A stretch of 39,507 bases of DNA from a virus (taxonomy: Duplodnaviria; Caudoviricetes), in IMG/VR virus record IMGVR_UViG_3300016371_000005, positions 1-39,507 of that record; one strand, given 5' to 3'. Shown in pieces: positions 35,864 to 39,507 of this stretch; the first letter of the stretch is position 1; every line of letters begins with the position of its first letter. A program made the translations under genes and the position numbers. Under the pieces are notes generated by a model. The model was not told the origin of the DNA. It was given only the letters and a program-made list of their open reading frames with translations, and searched no databases.

Positions 35864-36443
35864 AACTTAATGAAAAAGCTGTATTATTATCTGCAGTCAG
35901 ATTAGCTGCTGCAGGAGTCAACAAATTCCCCTTATCCGTTATACTTGGACCTACATAAATCAACCCTGTAGAAGTCGCAGGAGCTGTCAGTACACTTCCC
36001 ATCCAAGTACCAAAGTTAGCACCTGAATTGAAGTTTGCTGCATAAGTTCCGAAAACCACTGAAGGTTGAGTTACAAGATTTAAGGTAGGAATTTTATTAG
36101 TTGAATCTGTGCTAAGTGAGAATCCACCAGGAATAGTAAATGAAGCTGTAGTGCTAGTTACTGTACCAGTAGTAAAGAAGATACAAATATGAAGGCTATC
36201 ACCTACTTGTTTGTAAGTTCCTTTAAGGTTAGTGACTGTTCCGTAACCTGTAACTGTTGGTGTGTAAGTCTGCCAAGAAGAGGTTGTGATACCTAACAAT
36301 GTTTGAACTTGAGAAACTGTAAGATCTAATGGTGCGGCAGAAGAACCAGTATTATTACCCTTCAGAGTCAAGGTAGGCATATTGGCTAGTTTAACGTTAG
36401 TTATTGCTGCATCAGTAATAAATTTAGTTTGGATTCTTGACAT
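35844..36443 (-). CDS. Tail fibre / receptor-binding protein
   Basis: DAAITNVKLANMPTLTLKGNNTG fibre motif; C-terminal WQTYTP...YKQVGD domain. Confidence 0.75.
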   Translation of the reverse strand: MSRIQTKFITDAAITNVKLANMPTLTLKGNNTGSSAAPLDLTVSQVQTLLGITTSSWQTYTPTVTGYGTVTNLKGTYKQVGDSLHICIFFTTGTVTSTTASFTIPGGFSLSTDSTNKIPTLNLVTQPSVVFGTYAANFNSGANFGTWMGSVLTAPATSTGLIYVGPSITDKGNLLTPAAANLTADNNTAFSLSCEVILA

Positions 36444-36470
36444 TTTATCTTCCGTTAGTGACGGGTGGCA

Positions 36471-37124
36471 TTAGGCCCACATTCTGAATACATCCATGGC
36501 CCTTTGGTTGACTGTGGCAGTTCCTCCACCAGCAATCTTCCATCTAATCTCTATAGCCTGAGTTCCACTAACAGTTACCATAGCTTGAGTTGTCACATTC
36601 ATATTGATAGAGGCACTGGCAAGAACCCCTGTGGTAAATTGAGGTGTCAAAGCTCTGACACTATGAGCTACTTGTGTACCATTCGAATAGATTGAGATTG
36701 TGATGGTTGAACCAGTTGTATTGCTTGAAATAGTTGAAGAGAACATGACTTTATAAGTACCTGATACAGGAGTAATAGTCATACCTGTCATTAATACATC
36801 TGTTGTGCTTGTAGTAGTCGCAGATGCTGTAGCACTGATCTCTGCACCTGTTAGGGCTGCAAGAGCCCAGGTACCATTTGCATATAGATATTTTAAAGCA
36901 GCAGTATCCCCAGCAGCAGGGGCAGGAACCAATCCTTTAGTACCTCCGCTACCTGAATCTCCTACAAATGTATTAAGAAGAGCCGTAACTTGCGTACCTG
37001 ATAGATCAGATGGTGCAGCTGCGGCTCCGGTGGCATTGCCTTTGATAGTTGTGGCGTTCATATTCGCTAGTTTGGGGTTTGTTACTGCACTATCAGCAAT
37101 AAACTTAGTCGAGATTCTGGACAA
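36471..37124 (-). CDS. Tail fibre protein
   Basis: DSAVTNPKLANM...GGTKGLVPAPAAGD..KYL..NGTW fibre motifs; jelly-roll-like C-terminus. Confidence 0.8.
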   Translation of the reverse strand: MSRISTKFIADSAVTNPKLANMNATTIKGNATGAAAAPSDLSGTQVTALLNTFVGDSGSGGTKGLVPAPAAGDTAALKYLYANGTWALAALTGAEISATASATTTSTTDVLMTGMTITPVSGTYKVMFSSTISSNTTGSTITISIYSNGTQVAHSVRALTPQFTTGVLASASINMNVTTQAMVTVSGTQAIEIRWKIAGGGTATVNQRAMDVFRMWA

Positions 37125-37169
37125 GTGAACTCCTTGTACCGGTATTATGCGACCGGTGGCGCTTAAGGT

Positions 37170-38399
37170 TTAGAAGTGATTGTATTGAACTACCAATATA
37201 TCACCAGCTACTAATGCTGCATTACCACCTGTTGCAAGATCCCCTAAGAAAGTAATACGACCTACTCCGCCGCCCCCACCAGTAGCACTTACACTATAGT
37301 CTACACCATTATTTTGCATTGTGCCACCCAAAACAAACAACGCTACAGATGAGGTATCCGAAATAGCAAAACTTAAATCAATATACTGGTTTGTGATGTC
37401 TCCTGATACAAGCGTATGTTTCTCAGAAGCAAACTTTTGAGCCACAACCGCATTTGAAGATATTTTAGTAGTAACCCCGTCCACTACAACTGTTAAACCA
37501 GCAGAAGAACTAGTGATAGCCCCTGCTGGGTTAAGTTTCACACCTAAACGGTTAGAAGAGATAAAGAGTGTGGGGTTACTTGCTTCTAATTGTACAGCAA
37601 TACCACCTGCACCCTTGATGATAGAGCCTGCTGGGTCTAACTTCACTCCAAGTTGATTTGAACCATCAATCTGTAAGGAAGGATTGCTTGCTTCAAGTTT
37701 GACTTGTAACTGACCGCCAGCCATACCAGGATTTGTAGATTGGAGACCTGAAACAGTTGCAAGGTTCACATTGATGGCACCACTTGCAACTGTAATCATA
37801 TCCCCACCAGTCAAAGAAGCTGGGTTAGGACGGAATACAAATACAATTGGGTCTGTTCCAAGAGTGACTGGAGCAGAAGTAGTAACGTATATAAAACCTT
37901 GAGAAATTGTACCAAACTCAACGGCTGTATAAGCACCTTGAATTTCAGATACAGTGTTGAAGTCTGCAGAACGAACCCAGGTAGAAGGAACAGTAGCTGT
38001 AACTGCAACATAAATACCATTCTCAGCTTGACTAGTCTGGTCTTTAAGAAGTACACGATCGCCATTGGCAAGCGTTCGACCATCCATAGGGCCCGGGTCT
38101 GTACCAGATGCCAAGTTAATGTTTACTGTAGAAGCTGCGATAACTGCTTGTTTAGGTTTCAAACCTTCTGAAAGTGCCACTAACTGAGCATATCTAACAA
38201 GGTCATTAGGATTTACTGCATCTGAAGGTACTTGTGGCACACTTGAGAATACAATGGTATTTGTAGCATCTACTTGTAAAATATTCACATCTGCTGTATT
38301 ACCAGCATTGCGTGCTTTTAAGATACCTGTATTACTTAATCGAATTTTAGTTTCATCTACTGCATTAGTAGCAATAAACTTCTTTTGAATTTGAGCCAT
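37170..38399 (-). CDS. Tail fibre / virion appendage protein
   Basis: GDRVLLKDQTSQAENGIYV motif; internal LEASNP..LGVKL.PAG repeats. Confidence 0.8.
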   Translation of the reverse strand: MAQIQKKFIATNAVDETKIRLSNTGILKARNAGNTADVNILQVDATNTIVFSSVPQVPSDAVNPNDLVRYAQLVALSEGLKPKQAVIAASTVNINLASGTDPGPMDGRTLANGDRVLLKDQTSQAENGIYVAVTATVPSTWVRSADFNTVSEIQGAYTAVEFGTISQGFIYVTTSAPVTLGTDPIVFVFRPNPASLTGGDMITVASGAINVNLATVSGLQSTNPGMAGGQLQVKLEASNPSLQIDGSNQLGVKLDPAGSIIKGAGGIAVQLEASNPTLFISSNRLGVKLNPAGAITSSSAGLTVVVDGVTTKISSNAVVAQKFASEKHTLVSGDITNQYIDLSFAISDTSSVALFVLGGTMQNNGVDYSVSATGGGGGVGRITFLGDLATGGNAALVAGDILVVQYNHF

Positions 38400-38409
38400 G
38401 AACTATCTC

Positions 38410-38820
38410 CTAGTTAAATTGAATAATTAGTTGGTCGCCCGCCTCGAGTACACCATCTAAAAACAAACCACTCCAGGTAAGAGTACTTCCTGAAATTGAA
38501 TAATCCGAACCGTATCTTTGTGTTGACCCTCCTATAACTTCTAATACTGATAGACTTGGGTTAGTTGGGCTCGCTGTGAGTGTCACAAACTTATTGCTAA
38601 TATCTGTGGAACTTAAAGTAAACTCATTCACAATATAACCCGAACCAGGACCACTACTAGGACCGATAAGCACCCATGTACTGCCAGAAGCATTAAATGT
38701 GTAAAGCATATCGGTATCAATAGCGACAGCCAAAGAACCATCAGGAGCAGAAGAAGGAAAGCTTGCAAAGTTAGGGTATGTAGGAACTCCTCCCGGTAAG
38801 GGGTAGGTTACTTCAGCCAT
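38410..38820 (-). CDS. Virion appendage protein
   Basis: C-terminal QRYGSDYSISGSTLTW..LEAGDQLIIQF beta-sandwich module. Confidence 0.65.
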   Translation of the reverse strand: MAEVTYPLPGGVPTYPNFASFPSSAPDGSLAVAIDTDMLYTFNASGSTWVLIGPSSGPGSGYIVNEFTLSSTDISNKFVTLTASPTNPSLSVLEVIGGSTQRYGSDYSISGSTLTWSGLFLDGVLEAGDQLIIQFN

Positions 38821-38830
38821 AGAATCTCCC

Positions 38831-39217
38831 TTAGACTAATGAGCCTTTGCCGACAAAATTAATAGATGTTATAGTACCTGTTCCAGAGGTATTTGCCCAT
38901 TGAAGAGCTATCCAGTTAGCTGCTGTACCAGTAATCTCATATGTAAGTATAGTTTTACCAGAAGTAGAAGTAGTAGTATTTGCAGCAATATCAAAGTTAA
39001 CTGGAGCCGCAGCAGCGATAGATGCATAAGATTCCGGACTATTGATGGGGTCTGCGGAAATAAGCACAGACACGTTAGCAACTGGTGTTCCTGTCCAAAC
39101 TATTTGAATCATACATCTTTCAAAAGAATCCATGAATTGCCAAGGAGTGATGTATGTATTAGTGCCAGTAACTGCACCAAGAGATCCTTGAATACTACGT
39201 TGTAACCATTTTTTCAT
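38831..39217 (-). CDS. Hypothetical beta-rich virion protein
   Basis: IQIVWTGTP..W.NTSGTGTI pattern; AGGA RBS. Confidence 0.6.
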   Translation of the reverse strand: MKKWLQRSIQGSLGAVTGTNTYITPWQFMDSFERCMIQIVWTGTPVANVSVLISADPINSPESYASIAAAAPVNFDIAANTTTSTSGKTILTYEITGTAANWIALQWANTSGTGTITSINFVGKGSLV

Positions 39218-39226
39218 TATATTATC

Positions 39227-39384
39227 CTATTGTTTAGTAAAGCCAAGCTTTACATATGGAGAACAAAGAGCCACTAACTCAGAATCATCTGAATCAAGCC
39301 CAAAACACTTCCTAAAATCAAGTACTTCTTGATGCTCTAACTTAGGAACATCTTCGATATACATATCTAGAAACTTATTATAGA
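39227..39384 (-). CDS. 3' part of the junction-spanning 325-aa protein
   Basis: In frame with 820..1; total 978 nt. Confidence 0.85.
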
Positions 39385-39507
39385 ACTCTGGGTAACAATG
39401 CCCAAACATCTGACCTACTGAAGAACTAACTATTTGATCTCTCTTACACATATTGTAAAAAGATTCTGGTTCAGTAAGAGCTTCAATCACATTGTTACAT
39501 ACATCCA
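39385..39507. repeat. Terminal direct repeat (right copy)
   Basis: Identical to 1-123. Confidence 0.97.

Noticed and set aside
35844-38820. Diversity-generating retroelement or invertible fibre switch
   Set aside because: No reverse transcriptase, invertase or near-identical template/variable repeat pair seen.
1-39507. Alternative genetic code
   Set aside because: Core genes are intact in the standard code, and TAA, TAG and TGA all serve as stops.

Overview
This window is a complete, AT-rich, circularly assembled tailed-phage genome: 39,384 unique bp plus a 123-bp terminal overlap, with one gene crossing the junction. It has two divergent arms starting near 18.9 kb. The minus arm is the late/structural module (ClpP-like protease, GNAT, large terminase, portal, scaffold, major capsid, adaptor/nozzle, ejection-type proteins including an S74-chaperone protein, several tail fibres, holin-like genes); there is no tape measure, so it is podovirus-like. 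The plus arm is the early/replication module (SF3 helicase, PolA, SSB-like protein, RecE-like and VRR-NUC nucleases, GH24 lysozyme, metallophosphoesterase, dATP/dGTP diphosphohydrolase, a second exported ClpP-like protein, an SbmA/BacA-like transporter). Main discovery: the leader of the early operon (20776-21120) holds two tandem, fully canonical type II hammerhead ribozymes. Their stem II halves pair better when swapped, so double cleavage would release a 138-nt RNA that is itself a complete hammerhead (able to circularise), while the two flanks form another complete hammerhead (able to re-ligate). This is a candidate hammerhead-based self-splicing/circRNA cassette in a dsDNA phage. Also notable are two sigma28 (FliA)-type promoters driving small membrane peptides, a tRNA-like cloverleaf, a pseudoknotted intergenic RNA and a strongly structured capsid mRNA leader. 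All calls come from reading motifs by eye; no database searches or folding programs were run.
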